64,000 bases of DNA, taken from positions 96,001 to 160,000 of the forward strand of contig CAWJJC010000022.1 of assembly GCA_963843145.1 (NCBI GenBank). Reading direction: 5' to 3'. The stretch comes from an uncultured delta proteobacterium. GTDB taxonomy: Bacteria; Desulfobacterota; RBG-13-43-22. The notes under the pieces were generated by a model. That model saw nothing but the letters and a program-made list of their open reading frames with translations, searched no databases and was not told where the DNA came from. How positions within the stretch are numbered: the first letter of the stretch is position 1; each line of letters opens with the position of its first letter. Positions 19,549 to 28,928 of the stretch are shown in pieces. The translations under genes and the position numbers were made by a program.

Positions 19549-20016
19549 ATGGCCGTTCAGGAACAGGAAGGGAAAATCCTCATCTTGGCAACCGAACACT
19601 GTGCCTACCCGGGGGCCAATTCCGTGGGACAGGCCCACAGTCCGTATCCGGCCAACACCTATATTCTCCGGGTGCCGGCGCCGGTGCTGTTTCCTGAAAC
19701 GTTTTACTTGAACTGTTTCAAGAAAGGGGTCAGCGGCCTGATTATTATGACCTGCGGGTCCGAATGCCCTTACGAGGGGGCTTACCAGGCCTTGGCCAAG
19801 CGGATCGACCGGGTCTACGCACTGATGAAGGCGCAGGACCTGGACCTTCGCCGGCTCCGGCTCACGGCGATCTGCACGGTCTGCAATCGGGCTTTCCTGA
19901 AGGAGGTCCAGGAGATGAATGCCCTGGTCCAGGAATTAGGACCCCCGGTTTTTGGAAAGGACTATCCGGATAAACGAGGAGGAAGCCATGGAACCCAACC
20001 AAACCCTGACGTTTGA
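19549..20016 (+). CDS. MvhD/FlpD-like [2Fe-2S] subunit
   Basis: CAYPGANSVG...YPANTYILRV, C...ECPY, RRLRLTAIC; Cys pattern differs from canonical MvhD. Confidence 0.82.
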   Translation: MAVQEQEGKILILATEHCAYPGANSVGQAHSPYPANTYILRVPAPVLFPETFYLNCFKKGVSGLIIMTCGSECPYEGAYQALAKRIDRVYALMKAQDLDLRRLRLTAICTVCNRAFLKEVQEMNALVQELGPPVFGKDYPDKRGGSHGTQPNPDV

Positions 20017-21298
20017 CGCCCTGGTGGTGGGGGGGGGTATCGCCGGCCTGCAGTCGGCGTTGGATCTGGCGGAGCAGGATTTTCGAGTGGCGGTAGTAGA
20101 GAAAGACACCACCATCGGCGGCAAGATGATCCGGCTTTCCAAGGTTTTTCCGACGCTCGATTGCGCCAGTTGCATTACCACCCCCAAGATGGCCGCGGCG
20201 GCCCATCATGAGCGGATTACGCTATTCACCTATTGTGAGCTGAACGCGCTGGATCGGACTCCGGAAGGGTTGACGGCTACCATCACTCAGAAACCCCGTT
20301 ATGTGGAGGCCCATAAGTGCATCGGCTGTCGGCAGTGCGAGTACACTTGTCCGGTTTATGTGCGGGATGAAGAGCAGGGTGGGTTTTCCGCCAGGAAAGC
20401 CATCTATATTCCTTTCTCCAACGCCATCCCTCAGACGGCCCTGCTGGATGTGGAAAATTGTTTGCTGTGCGGGAAATGTGAAAAGATCTGTCCGACACAG
20501 GCCGTGAATTTTTTTCAGGAACCCCGGGTATTCCGGGTAGAGGCCAAAACGGCTGTTTTGGCCACCGGGTTTGAACCGATCCCGCTCGCCGACAAGGTCC
20601 AGTACGGCAAGGGAGAGATCCCTAATGTCATTACCGCGTTGCAGATGGAGCGGCTCCTGGCCCCCCATGGGCCCTACGCCCGGGTCCTGCGTCCTTCGGA
20701 CGGAATGGAGCCGGATTCCATCGCTTTTATTCAATGCGTCGGCTCCCGGGACCAGAGTCTGGGTGTTCCCTACTGTTCCCGGGTCTGTTGCATGTACGCG
20801 ATCAAGCAGGCCATGCTCCTTTCCGGTGCCCTGCCTTTGGCGGATATTATTATTTATTACATAGACATCCGGGCCTTTGGAAAAGGCTATGAACAGTTCT
20901 TCCAAAATGCGCAGGCCATGGGGATCCAGTTTGTCAGAGCCAAAGTGGCCACCCTGAGCGAAGGCGAAAGCGGACGGGTCACGGTCCGCTACGAAGCCCA
21001 GGATGGAGAGGGGGTGACCACGGCGGATCATGATCTGGTGGTGCTCTCCCTGGGGATGCTTCCGGGGTGGAACCCCGAGGGCCTCTGTGCCGTGTCTCGG
21101 GATGCAGACGGTTTTATAAAGACCATTCAACCCAAAATCGCCCCGACCTTGACGGACCTGGAGGGTGTTCTGGTGACCGGAGCGGCAGCCGGTCCTAAGG
21201 ACATTGTGGACACCATAGCGGAGTCCGGCGCCGCTTCCATGGAGGCCGCGAAGTACCTGACGGTCCGAGCCGCTTCCCCCAAGGTCCAGACCGTTTGA
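19988..21298 (+). CDS. hdrA: Heterodisulfide reductase subunit A-like flavoprotein (short form with inserted 2x[4Fe-4S])
   Basis: GGGIAG FAD motif, KVFPTLDCASCI, two CxxCxxCxxxCP, QCVGSRD...YCSRVCC; RBS GGAGG before ATG 19988. Confidence 0.9.
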   Translation: MEPNQTLTFDALVVGGGIAGLQSALDLAEQDFRVAVVEKDTTIGGKMIRLSKVFPTLDCASCITTPKMAAAAHHERITLFTYCELNALDRTPEGLTATITQKPRYVEAHKCIGCRQCEYTCPVYVRDEEQGGFSARKAIYIPFSNAIPQTALLDVENCLLCGKCEKICPTQAVNFFQEPRVFRVEAKTAVLATGFEPIPLADKVQYGKGEIPNVITALQMERLLAPHGPYARVLRPSDGMEPDSIAFIQCVGSRDQSLGVPYCSRVCCMYAIKQAMLLSGALPLADIIIYYIDIRAFGKGYEQFFQNAQAMGIQFVRAKVATLSEGESGRVTVRYEAQDGEGVTTADHDLVVLSLGMLPGWNPEGLCAVSRDADGFIKTIQPKIAPTLTDLEGVLVTGAAAGPKDIVDTIAESGAASMEAAKYLTVRAASPKVQTV

Positions 21299-21335
21299 AA
21301 ACCGGCCGATTAAATCCAGTGGATCGGGAGATTGG

Positions 21336-23249
21336 ATGATGATGGAAGAAACGAAAGTGATCAACGCCACAGGGGAAAAGATCGGGGTTTACCTTTGTCA
21401 TTGCGGAGGGAACATTTCCGATCAGGTGGCCGTGGAAAAGGTCCGGGAGCGGGCCGAGAAGATCCCCGGTGTGGCCGTGGTCCGCACCAACCCTTTCATG
21501 TGTTCGGATCCCGGGCAGGAACTGATCGCCGAAGACCTGAAAATGGGAACCGTCGACCGGGTGGTGGTGGCCTCCTGCGCTCCCAGTCTTCATGAAACTA
21601 CTTTTCGGGGCGTCATGGTCCGGGCGGGCGCAAATCCCTACCTCTATGAACACGCCAACATCCGGGAGCAGGTGAGCTGGGTCCACCACGGCGACGCGGC
21701 CACGGATAAAGCGACCCGGCTGGTGGCTGCCGCGGTGGGCAAGGCCAAAAACCTAAAACCGCTGAAACCCTTGCGGGTCGAGGCCAGAAGGCATGCCACC
21801 GTGATCGGCGGGGGAGTGGCGGGGCTTCGGGCGGCCAAAGACCTGGCCGTCAGGGGATTTAAGGTGGCCCTAGTGGAACGGTCTCCTTTTTTGGGGGGGC
21901 GGTCGGCCTTATTGGACCGCATAGCCCCCACGGGAGAACCGGCCGCCGATCTGGTCTCCAACCTGGCCCGGGAGGTCCTGAGCGATCCGGCCGTCAGTCT
22001 GTACACCTGTTCCCAGGTAATCGGATTTGAAGGGACCATCGGTAATTTCAATCTTCGGATCAGGACCGCGCCTCCGGACTCGGAAGCGGACCACGAAAAA
22101 ATCCGACGACTGAGTACCTCCGGAGCCGGATTGAGAGAATTTGTCCCTTTGGTCGGGATGTATCCGGGCGGCATTCCTGAGCGGACCGAAGATCGCACGA
22201 TCGAAACCGGGGTAGTCATCCTGGCCACGGGTTTTAAACCGTACACTCCCCGCCAGGGAGAGTACGGACAGGGAGTCTTCCCGGAGAGCCTGACCCTTCC
22301 CCAGTTTATTCTGGAGACGGCCCATCAAAAAACCAATGGGGGGGTTCTGGAGTTGGGAGGACGGCCGATTCGAAGCCTGGCCCTGATCCACTGTGTAGGC
22401 AGCCGGCAGATCCCCGGTATTCATGAACCGGATAAAACGGGGGTCCTTAATGAATATTGCTCCCGCACCTGTTGCACCGCCACCATACAGGCGGCGCTCC
22501 AGGTTCGTAAAAACTATCCGGGAACGCGGGTCTATGAATTCTATCGGGATATTCGCACCTATGGCCGGGGCCAGGAGGAGCTTTATCGGCAAGCCTCCAA
22601 CAGTGGAGTCGTCTTCCTGCGCTTCCAGGCGGAAGAACCCCCCCAAGTGTCTCGATCGATCGACGGCAGCGATTTTCCTCTTCGGATCATGGTCAAGGAT
22701 ACCCTGACCTTTGGAGAAGAGGTGGAAGTTCCGGTGGATTTGTTGGTGCTGGCGGTGGGCATGGAGCCGAATCCCGTGCCCGACCTGGTGGAGATGATGA
22801 AACTTCCGGTAGGTGTCGACCGATTTCTATTGGAGGTGCATCCCAAGCTGCGCCCGGTGGAGCTTTCCGTAGCCGGAATCCTGCTGGCCGGTACCTGCCA
22901 AGCCCCCATGGATATTGGAGAAGCCTGTGCCGGAGCGGGTGCGGCAGCGGTCAAGGCCTCGGGTATCCTTTCCCGGGGCTACGTGGAGTTGGATCCCTTC
23001 GTGGCCGAAGTGGATATTCATAAGTGCCGAGGTAGGGGCGCCTGTGTGGAGGCCTGTTTGAATCCGGGTGCGCTGACGATGGTGGAGACCGAAGTCGAAG
23101 GGCGGCAGGTCCGGCAAGCCCGGGTGAATCCGGCCCTCTGCCGGGGTTGCGGCGCCTGCGTGGCGGTTTGTCCGGAGAACGCCATTCAGGTCAACGGGTG
23201 GACGCTGGGACAATACGAGGAAATGGTGGATATGATTCTGATCCGATGA
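21336..23249 (+). CDS. hdrA: Heterodisulfide reductase subunit A-like flavoprotein (N-terminal CHCGxNI domain, C-terminal ferredoxin)
   Basis: IGVYLCHCGGNI, VVASCAPSLHE, GGGVAG, HCVGSR, YCSRTCC, EVHPKLRP, C-terminal CxxCxxCxxxCP. Confidence 0.9.
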   Translation: MMMEETKVINATGEKIGVYLCHCGGNISDQVAVEKVRERAEKIPGVAVVRTNPFMCSDPGQELIAEDLKMGTVDRVVVASCAPSLHETTFRGVMVRAGANPYLYEHANIREQVSWVHHGDAATDKATRLVAAAVGKAKNLKPLKPLRVEARRHATVIGGGVAGLRAAKDLAVRGFKVALVERSPFLGGRSALLDRIAPTGEPAADLVSNLAREVLSDPAVSLYTCSQVIGFEGTIGNFNLRIRTAPPDSEADHEKIRRLSTSGAGLREFVPLVGMYPGGIPERTEDRTIETGVVILATGFKPYTPRQGEYGQGVFPESLTLPQFILETAHQKTNGGVLELGGRPIRSLALIHCVGSRQIPGIHEPDKTGVLNEYCSRTCCTATIQAALQVRKNYPGTRVYEFYRDIRTYGRGQEELYRQASNSGVVFLRFQAEEPPQVSRSIDGSDFPLRIMVKDTLTFGEEVEVPVDLLVLAVGMEPNPVPDLVEMMKLPVGVDRFLLEVHPKLRPVELSVAGILLAGTCQAPMDIGEACAGAGAAAVKASGILSRGYVELDPFVAEVDIHKCRGRGACVEACLNPGALTMVETEVEGRQVRQARVNPALCRGCGACVAVCPENAIQVNGWTLGQYEEMVDMILIR

Positions 23250-23315
23250 ACTGATCTGCTGATTTTAAATTCCGGTCTAAGCCAACGGGGAAGAAAGGAG
23301 AGGGAAAAGATTCCA

Positions 23316-23651
23316 ATGACAGCAGCCGAAACGGACAAGGAAGCACGGAATAAGCTTCGATTGGCCCGAAAAGGGATAATCGCGGGGGTTGCGGCCCGGG
23401 TAAAGGAGCAGCAGCAGGCCGTCAAGGCCCTGAAGCAGTCCCTGCAGGCGGGCGGTAAAACGGTACCGGAACTGGCTCAGGACACCGGGCTGCCCGCGGC
23501 TGAGGTCTTGTGGTACCTGGCGGCTATGAAAAAGTATGGTGAAATCGCTGAAGGGGCCAAAGCAGGAAGCTATTTTCGCTATACGCTGGCGCCCGCGCTT
23601 CCCGTTGAAGGGGCCGTAGACCAGGAGATTTCAGGAGGGGCCGCGAAATGA
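23316..23651 (+). CDS. Small winged-helix-like protein
   Basis: KTVPELAQDTGLPAAEVLWYLAAMKKYG pattern; AAGGAG RBS. Confidence 0.7.
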   Translation: MTAAETDKEARNKLRLARKGIIAGVAARVKEQQQAVKALKQSLQAGGKTVPELAQDTGLPAAEVLWYLAAMKKYGEIAEGAKAGSYFRYTLAPALPVEGAVDQEISGGAAK

Positions 23652-23950
23652 TCACGGTGAATACGTCGTTCGCGGAAGAGTTGGCCCGTTTTGGCGTGGA
23701 TACCGCCCTCGATTGTTATCATTGCGGGACCTGTGCCGCCATTTGCCCGTTGATTTACGAGCACTTTCCACGAAAGATGATTCGCTATATCCAGTTGGGC
23801 GCCAGGGAAAGGATTCTGGAAAACCCGATCGATCTGTGGCGTTGTCTGCACTGCGGACTTTGCACCCAAACCTGCCCGCGGAAAGCCGATCCCGGAGAGC
23901 TGATTCTGGGCTTAAAACGTTTTGTAGTGGACCACTGGAGGAATCATTAG
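23648..23950 (+). CDS. HdrC-like 2x[4Fe-4S] protein
   Basis: CYHCGTCAAICP and WRCLHCGLCTQTCPR. Confidence 0.88.
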   Translation: MITVNTSFAEELARFGVDTALDCYHCGTCAAICPLIYEHFPRKMIRYIQLGARERILENPIDLWRCLHCGLCTQTCPRKADPGELILGLKRFVVDHWRNH

Positions 23951-23951
23951 C

Positions 23952-24884
23952 ATGTATCACCCCAAGGATATCATCGAGATTCTGGCCGCGAATGTACGTC
24001 ATACCCGAAGCCCCTTCGGCACCCCGAAATTTTTGGTGAACAACTGGTGGAAAGAACTGGGGCTCAGAAAGCAGGGGGAGTCCCTGTTGTTTACGGGCCT
24101 GATGTACCAGTTTGTCCCTTATATTGAAAAGACCACCAGTTACCTGGAAAAATTTGAAGATCGGCCACTGGCCGAATGGCTGCGGTTTGGGCGGTATCAG
24201 CCTAAGCGATTGGCCGGCCTGGGGCTGGCCATGCTCATCCCCGGTGCGGCCAAAAAGAGCGCCCAGACCACTCTCCGGAATATTGCCCGCATCCTCACCC
24301 AATCCGGAGTGGACTTTTATTATCAACCGCGACTGGACGAATACAGTGGGATCCTGCTTTACGATCTGGGTGACCAGGAGAGCTTTGTGGCGCATGCCCG
24401 GTATGTGGCCGGCCGGCTAAAAAGAGCGGGAGTGCGAAAGATCATCACCGTGGACCCTCACACTACTTATGCCTTGAAGGTCCTCTATCCTCAATATACC
24501 GGGGAGCATTTTGAAGTGAGGACCTATTTTGAACTGGCCAAGGGTTCTCCCCAAAATGATCAAGGCCGGGTTACCCTCCATGATCCCTGTTTTTACGGGC
24601 GATATCTGGAATTGTCCGCTGCGCCGCGAAAGGCCCTGGAAAGGATAGGCATCGAATGCCTGGAGATCCGGAATTCCGGCACCTTCACCCAATGCTGCGG
24701 CGGACCGGCGGAGTCCATCTCTCCCCATCTGGCCCGGGAGGTTATGGAGCGCAGGGTGGAAGAGTTGAAAGCTACCGGTGCCCCTTTGGTGGCCATGTGC
24801 CCCATCTGCCTGGGCAACTTGAGAAAGTCCGGGGCGGAGGTGGAGGACCTGTCGACTATCCTGGCCCGCGGGCTTCCGGCTTGA
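23952..24884 (+). CDS. CCG-domain (HdrD/HdrB-like) Fe-S protein
   Basis: TLHDPCFYGR, QCCGGP, MCPICLGNL; first CCG repeat is degenerate (EYSG, VDPH). Confidence 0.85.
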   Translation: MYHPKDIIEILAANVRHTRSPFGTPKFLVNNWWKELGLRKQGESLLFTGLMYQFVPYIEKTTSYLEKFEDRPLAEWLRFGRYQPKRLAGLGLAMLIPGAAKKSAQTTLRNIARILTQSGVDFYYQPRLDEYSGILLYDLGDQESFVAHARYVAGRLKRAGVRKIITVDPHTTYALKVLYPQYTGEHFEVRTYFELAKGSPQNDQGRVTLHDPCFYGRYLELSAAPRKALERIGIECLEIRNSGTFTQCCGGPAESISPHLAREVMERRVEELKATGAPLVAMCPICLGNLRKSGAEVEDLSTILARGLPA

Positions 24885-24968
24885 GGGTAGGCAAATTCTG
24901 GATTGGCTAATGTCTTTGAACGCTATTTTTCATAAAACCCATTTCTAAGCAAAGAAAGGAGCAGTATC

Positions 24969-25343
24969 ATGACAGAAAAAGAAGAAAAGATCCTGGTGAT
25001 CGGCACCCATGCCTCAGACAATCCGGAGAAGGCGGCCATGCCCTTTGTCATGGCCAACGCGGCCCTGGCCATGGATGTCAAGGCCATGGTGGTGTTGCAG
25101 GGGGAAGGCGTCTATCTGGCCAAGAAAGGGTATATGGAAAACCTGGTCAAGCCGGGGGGCTTCAGCCCTTTCACCAAACTGATGGCCGACTTCCTGGAAC
25201 TGGGGGGGTCCCTCAGAGTTTGCGTGCCCTGCATCAAAGAGAGGAACATAGAAGAGTCCGATCTGATCGCAGGGGCACAGACCACAGCCGCCGGGCGCCT
25301 GATTACCGAAGCGCTCCAGGCGGACGCCGTTTTCACCTATTAA
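24969..25343 (+). CDS. DsrE family protein
   Basis: PEKAAMPFVMANAALAMD, QGEGV, VCVPC. Confidence 0.88.
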   Translation: MTEKEEKILVIGTHASDNPEKAAMPFVMANAALAMDVKAMVVLQGEGVYLAKKGYMENLVKPGGFSPFTKLMADFLELGGSLRVCVPCIKERNIEESDLIAGAQTTAAGRLITEALQADAVFTY

Positions 25344-25499
25344 AACCTTTTATACGAATTTCCTACAGGCTGAGTTCCTCGGGTATAAGGGGCGATCCGT
25401 TCGCCCCGCCTCCGGGATCTTTCATTCTTGTCCCGAAGGTGAGCCCGGCTCGCTAATTAAGGAATTCTAATTGATTCGGTTGATAAAAGGAGGTTTAAA

Positions 25500-26200
25500 A
25501 TGGAAGGAATCTCATTTCCAGACATCCCCAGCGTATTTCCGATCTTGTGACTCTAATAGAAAAAGGCGCCCGGGTGACTTGTCAATCCTCCTTTGCGGTC
25601 ATCCCGGTGGATTTTCGGCACCGCCGGAATCCCTATCAGGCCCATGTATTCCTGGTCTATTTTTCCGGAATGATGGACGGAGAACCCTACACCTTCCGCA
25701 AATGCTATGCTCGGGGGTGCTCCCACAACCTCTGCCCCCATGTCTCCCAGGCCGTTCTGATTGCCAATCGTTATCTCCAGCGGGATTATCGGTTACTGGA
25801 AAAAGCGGGCCTGGCGGTAGATCCCCGGTTGTTTACCCTGGAGGATATGATCGTCAAGTTTGAAGGGTATCGAGAGGAACATCCTCCCAACCAGACGATC
25901 GAGGATTACCTCCATCTGGCCCAAGAAGGGAATGAGATTTTCGTGGAAGTGGAACTGGAGTATGTCCCGGCGGTGGAACATTTCGCTAATTACCAAAACA
26001 AGCAGACCTTCCTGGTTGCTGGTTTTACCATCACCTATAGGGGAAAACCCAATTATTTGGAACGCTGCCTGGCCTGTTTTGCCTCTGAAAAGGAAAAGGA
26101 AGAAAAATCTCCAATGGTCTTGGTGGCCAATGCCCGACTGGAGGAGCTCTATCAGGTTTTCGAACAAGGCGCGATTCACTTGGTCAAACGATATTTTTAG
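25500..26200 (+). CDS. Hypothetical Cys-containing protein (probable frameshift just after the start)
   Basis: Strong AAGGAGG RBS before ATG 25500, which is out of frame with the 217 aa ORF from 25547; KCYARGCSHNLC motif. Confidence 0.65.
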
Positions 26201-26331
26201 GGGAGTATTCTGATTTCGTCGCAAATCTTAAGAAGGATCTCAATCAAAAGCGGGCTAGCAGCCGCCGGGGCGGTTTCGGCGTTCTGGTTTCCAGACCCAG
26301 TTACGGTTTGTGGCGGTCCCGAGGAGGAGTC

Positions 26332-26853
26332 ATGGAACTACAAGGGAAGAAGGTCATAATCTTTGCCGAAGAGATGTACAACGAGTTTGAACTCTGGTAC
26401 CCTTATTATCGGTTGCTGGAAGCCGGGGCGGAGGTGGCCCTGGTCGGATCCGGGAGTGCCCCCGTTTATAAGAGCAAATTAGGACTTCCGGTCAGCGTCC
26501 AGACGAGCGCCGACCAGGTTGATCCGAAAAATTTCAACGGCCTGATCATCCCGGGCGGGTATGCCCCGGATCATATGCGGCGCTACCCGGCGATGGTCGG
26601 CCTGGTGAAAGAGATCTTTGGCGCCGGGAAGGTGGTGGCGGCCATCTGCCACGCCGGTTGGATGCTGGCTTCCGCCGAGGTGGTCCGGGGGAAGAAGTTG
26701 ACCTCTTTCTTTGCCATCAAAGACGACCTGATTCACGCCGGGGCGGAATGGGTCGATCAGGAGGTGGTGGTGGACGGCAACCTGATCACTAGCCGGAAAC
26801 CGGACGACCTGCCGGCTTTCATGCGGGCCGTGATTGCCGCCCTGAAGGGTTAG
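26332..26853 (+). CDS. DJ-1/PfpI family protein
   Basis: ELWYPYYRL, IPGGYAPD, AAICHAGW, TSRKPDDL. Confidence 0.93.
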   Translation: MELQGKKVIIFAEEMYNEFELWYPYYRLLEAGAEVALVGSGSAPVYKSKLGLPVSVQTSADQVDPKNFNGLIIPGGYAPDHMRRYPAMVGLVKEIFGAGKVVAAICHAGWMLASAEVVRGKKLTSFFAIKDDLIHAGAEWVDQEVVVDGNLITSRKPDDLPAFMRAVIAALKG

Positions 26854-26897
26854 TATGTAAATAAAGTCGAACACCGCTTTCGGGGAGTTGTTCTTGC

Positions 26898-26984
26898 CGT
26901 CATGCCGGACCTGATCCGGCATCCAGGGTATTCGAAGCTCAAAGGGCTCTGGATTCCGGATCTCGCTTCTCTCGTCCGGAATGA
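26898..26984. repeat. CGTCAT-type REP-like palindromic element
   Basis: CGTCATGCCGGACCTGATCCGGCATCCAG...CTGGATTCCGGA...TCCGGAATGA; related copies at 45572, 62769 and 63030. Confidence 0.75.
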
Positions 26985-27231
26985 AGACCTTTTTCCTTGC
27001 GTAGCGAATCCTGTCAACCTGGGTAGGTTCATACAAATATTTCCTGGACCCACTATAGATCGAACTCTCCTTTTTCTGGATAGAACAGCAGCCTGGGGGG
27101 GTGGGTTACGAGTCGGCGTGAGAACTCGAAGGCAAATCAAGGCCGAAAATATGACCCTGGATGGCCTGGCCATTCGATACGGGCAGTTATAGAGAGGATG
27201 CCGGGAGATGGACGATCCTCCCGGCCAAAAG

Positions 27232-27972
27232 TTATTTTAGCAGGTTTCCGCGAACCCCGATCACTCTTTCCGCCAGGGGGATATTCTTCCCCGCCTTTTC
27301 CATGGCCTGCTTGACGATCCAGGGGAGTCCCGAGCAGCAGGGGACCTCCATGACCACGGTGGTCACGCTGTTGATCTGGGCCGTGTTAAAAATATCCGTA
27401 AACTTCTGAATATATTCCTGGACATCGTCAAACTTGGGGCAGCCCATCATGACCACTTTGCCCTGGAGAAAATCCTGGTGAAAGTTGGGATACGCCAGGG
27501 GGGCGCAGTCGGCTACCACTAAAAGGTCGGCGTTCTTGAGAAAGGGCGCTGTCGGGGGCACCAGCTTGATCTGCACCGGCCAATGGCTGAGGGCCGAACC
27601 CGAAGCGGTTTGGGCCTTCGGCTGGTTGGCTTCCTGACAGGAGGAGACAGGGGCAAAGGTCTGCAGCGTGGTGGAGGGGCAGCCGCAGGGCAGTTTGGTT
27701 TCAGGCTGGGGAACAGCCGGGGGCCTTATAGCCTTCAAATGCTCCTCGACGGCGTGTTCGTCGAAATCCTCGGACTCCCGTTCGATGATGTGCAAGGCGT
27801 CGTTGGGGCATTCCCCCAGGCAGGCCCCCAGACCGTCGCAATATTTTTCAGCCGTCAAGGTGGCCTTCCCGTCTATGATCTGGATGGCCCCTTCGGCACA
27901 GGAAGGGACGCACAGGCCGCAGCCGTCGCAGCGTTCGGGGTCGATTTCAATGATTTTGCGTTTAATTATCAT
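27232..27972 (-). CDS. 4Fe-4S ferredoxin-domain protein (Hcp-associated type)
   Basis: CDGCGLCVPSC, CDGLGACLGECP, CGCP, HWPVQ, GCPKFD, MEVPCCSG. Confidence 0.88.
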   Translation of the reverse strand: MIIKRKIIEIDPERCDGCGLCVPSCAEGAIQIIDGKATLTAEKYCDGLGACLGECPNDALHIIERESEDFDEHAVEEHLKAIRPPAVPQPETKLPCGCPSTTLQTFAPVSSCQEANQPKAQTASGSALSHWPVQIKLVPPTAPFLKNADLLVVADCAPLAYPNFHQDFLQGKVVMMGCPKFDDVQEYIQKFTDIFNTAQINSVTTVVMEVPCCSGLPWIVKQAMEKAGKNIPLAERVIGVRGNLLK

Positions 27973-28003
27973 TAGTTTTTCCTTTGGATAAAAAAGGTTC
28001 ACC

Positions 28004-28062
28004 CACCCCCCAACGTTCGGCTGAGCTCACGTCGAAGCCCCCCTTCCGTCAAGGGAGGGGGA
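28004..28062. repeat. Short composite palindromic intergenic repeat
   Basis: TTCGGCTGAGCTCACGTCGAA hairpin followed by CCCCCTTCC-GTCAA-GGGAGGGGG. Confidence 0.5.
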
Positions 28063-28088
28063 GCAGGAAGCGTTTGAGGTTAGGGGTT

Positions 28089-28822
28089 CTACGAAGTTTT
28101 TAAGAACACCTTAATGGCCAATTCCCGGCCGCTGTCGGTTAAAAAAGATCGGTCAATGATCGCGGCCAGCCGTTCCGGGGATGAGGCCTTTTCTTTCTGA
28201 TTTTCTTCCAGGTTGACGATCAGGTCCGAGTCGTAGATCGCTTTGAAGTTGGTGGTTTCCTTCTCCCGGGGATGATGGTGATGGCCGACTATATCGCAGA
28301 CTTCCTCGATCAGCTCTTCCCGGGCGCCCAGTTTGGTCAGGATCTGTCGCGCAATCGGCGGGCCTTCTTCCTCCTGGTAGCGGGCGGCCGTGCTGTGGTA
28401 TTTCCTTTCCGCCTCATGGATGCCGATGTCGTGCAGATAGGCGGCTGAGAGGATCACCGCCGGGTTCCCTTTTTCTTTTCTGGCCAACTCCTCGGCATAG
28501 CGGGCCACCCGGGTGGCATGGCCGATCCGTTTGAAATCTGTGGTGAAGTAGCGCTTCATTTCAATGGCCACCCGGTCCTTTAACAGATCCTCTTTTTGGG
28601 CCATTAGTTCCGGGGGCAGCCCCCCAGGCACTGCTCGGCATGAGGGCAGTAAGAGGCGCAGCCGAAATCCATTTGGGGATTGATGATCCGCTTCCCGCAT
28701 TTCTTGCAGAGTCGGGTGGTGTCGTCTTTAAAGAACTCGAGCTCGGCGCCGCAATGGGGGCATTGGGTCTCGAAAATTGACCCGGGCTTCCAGTAGCGGC
28801 TGTCCTGTCCAGGGCATTTCAT
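28089..28822 (-). CDS. Zn-ribbon + HD-domain phosphohydrolase (frameshift at the homopolymer run 28620-28625)
   Basis: MKCPGQD...CPHC...CKKC...CASYCPHAEQCLG joins ...LPPELMAQ...HATRV...LHDIG...HHHH...YDSD. Confidence 0.85.
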
Positions 28823-28872
28823 AAAAAATCCTTTTATCCTTGAATTCGGGTTAATCCGTGATCGGGGTCCAT

Positions 28873-28900
28873 TAGGGGCGGGTTTTGAACCCGCCCCTAC
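28873..28900. repeat. GTAG-type REP palindrome
   Basis: GTAGGGGCGGGTTCAAAACCCGCCCCTA on the minus strand. Confidence 0.7.
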
Positions 28901-28928
28901 GACAATCATTTATGAAAACAGGATTTTT

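Noticed and set aside
20222-21370. 382 aa minus-strand ORF and similar shadow ORFs (e.g. 32401-33306, 52463-53278)
   Set aside because: They overlap well-supported genes in other frames or on the other strand and have no recognisable domains.
23247-23316. The TGA stop of the second hdrA is in frame and open up to the next gene (possible Sec readthrough)
   Set aside because: HdrA is already complete, the TGA is not at a Cys-motif position, no convincing hairpin follows, and the next gene has its own AAGGAG RBS.
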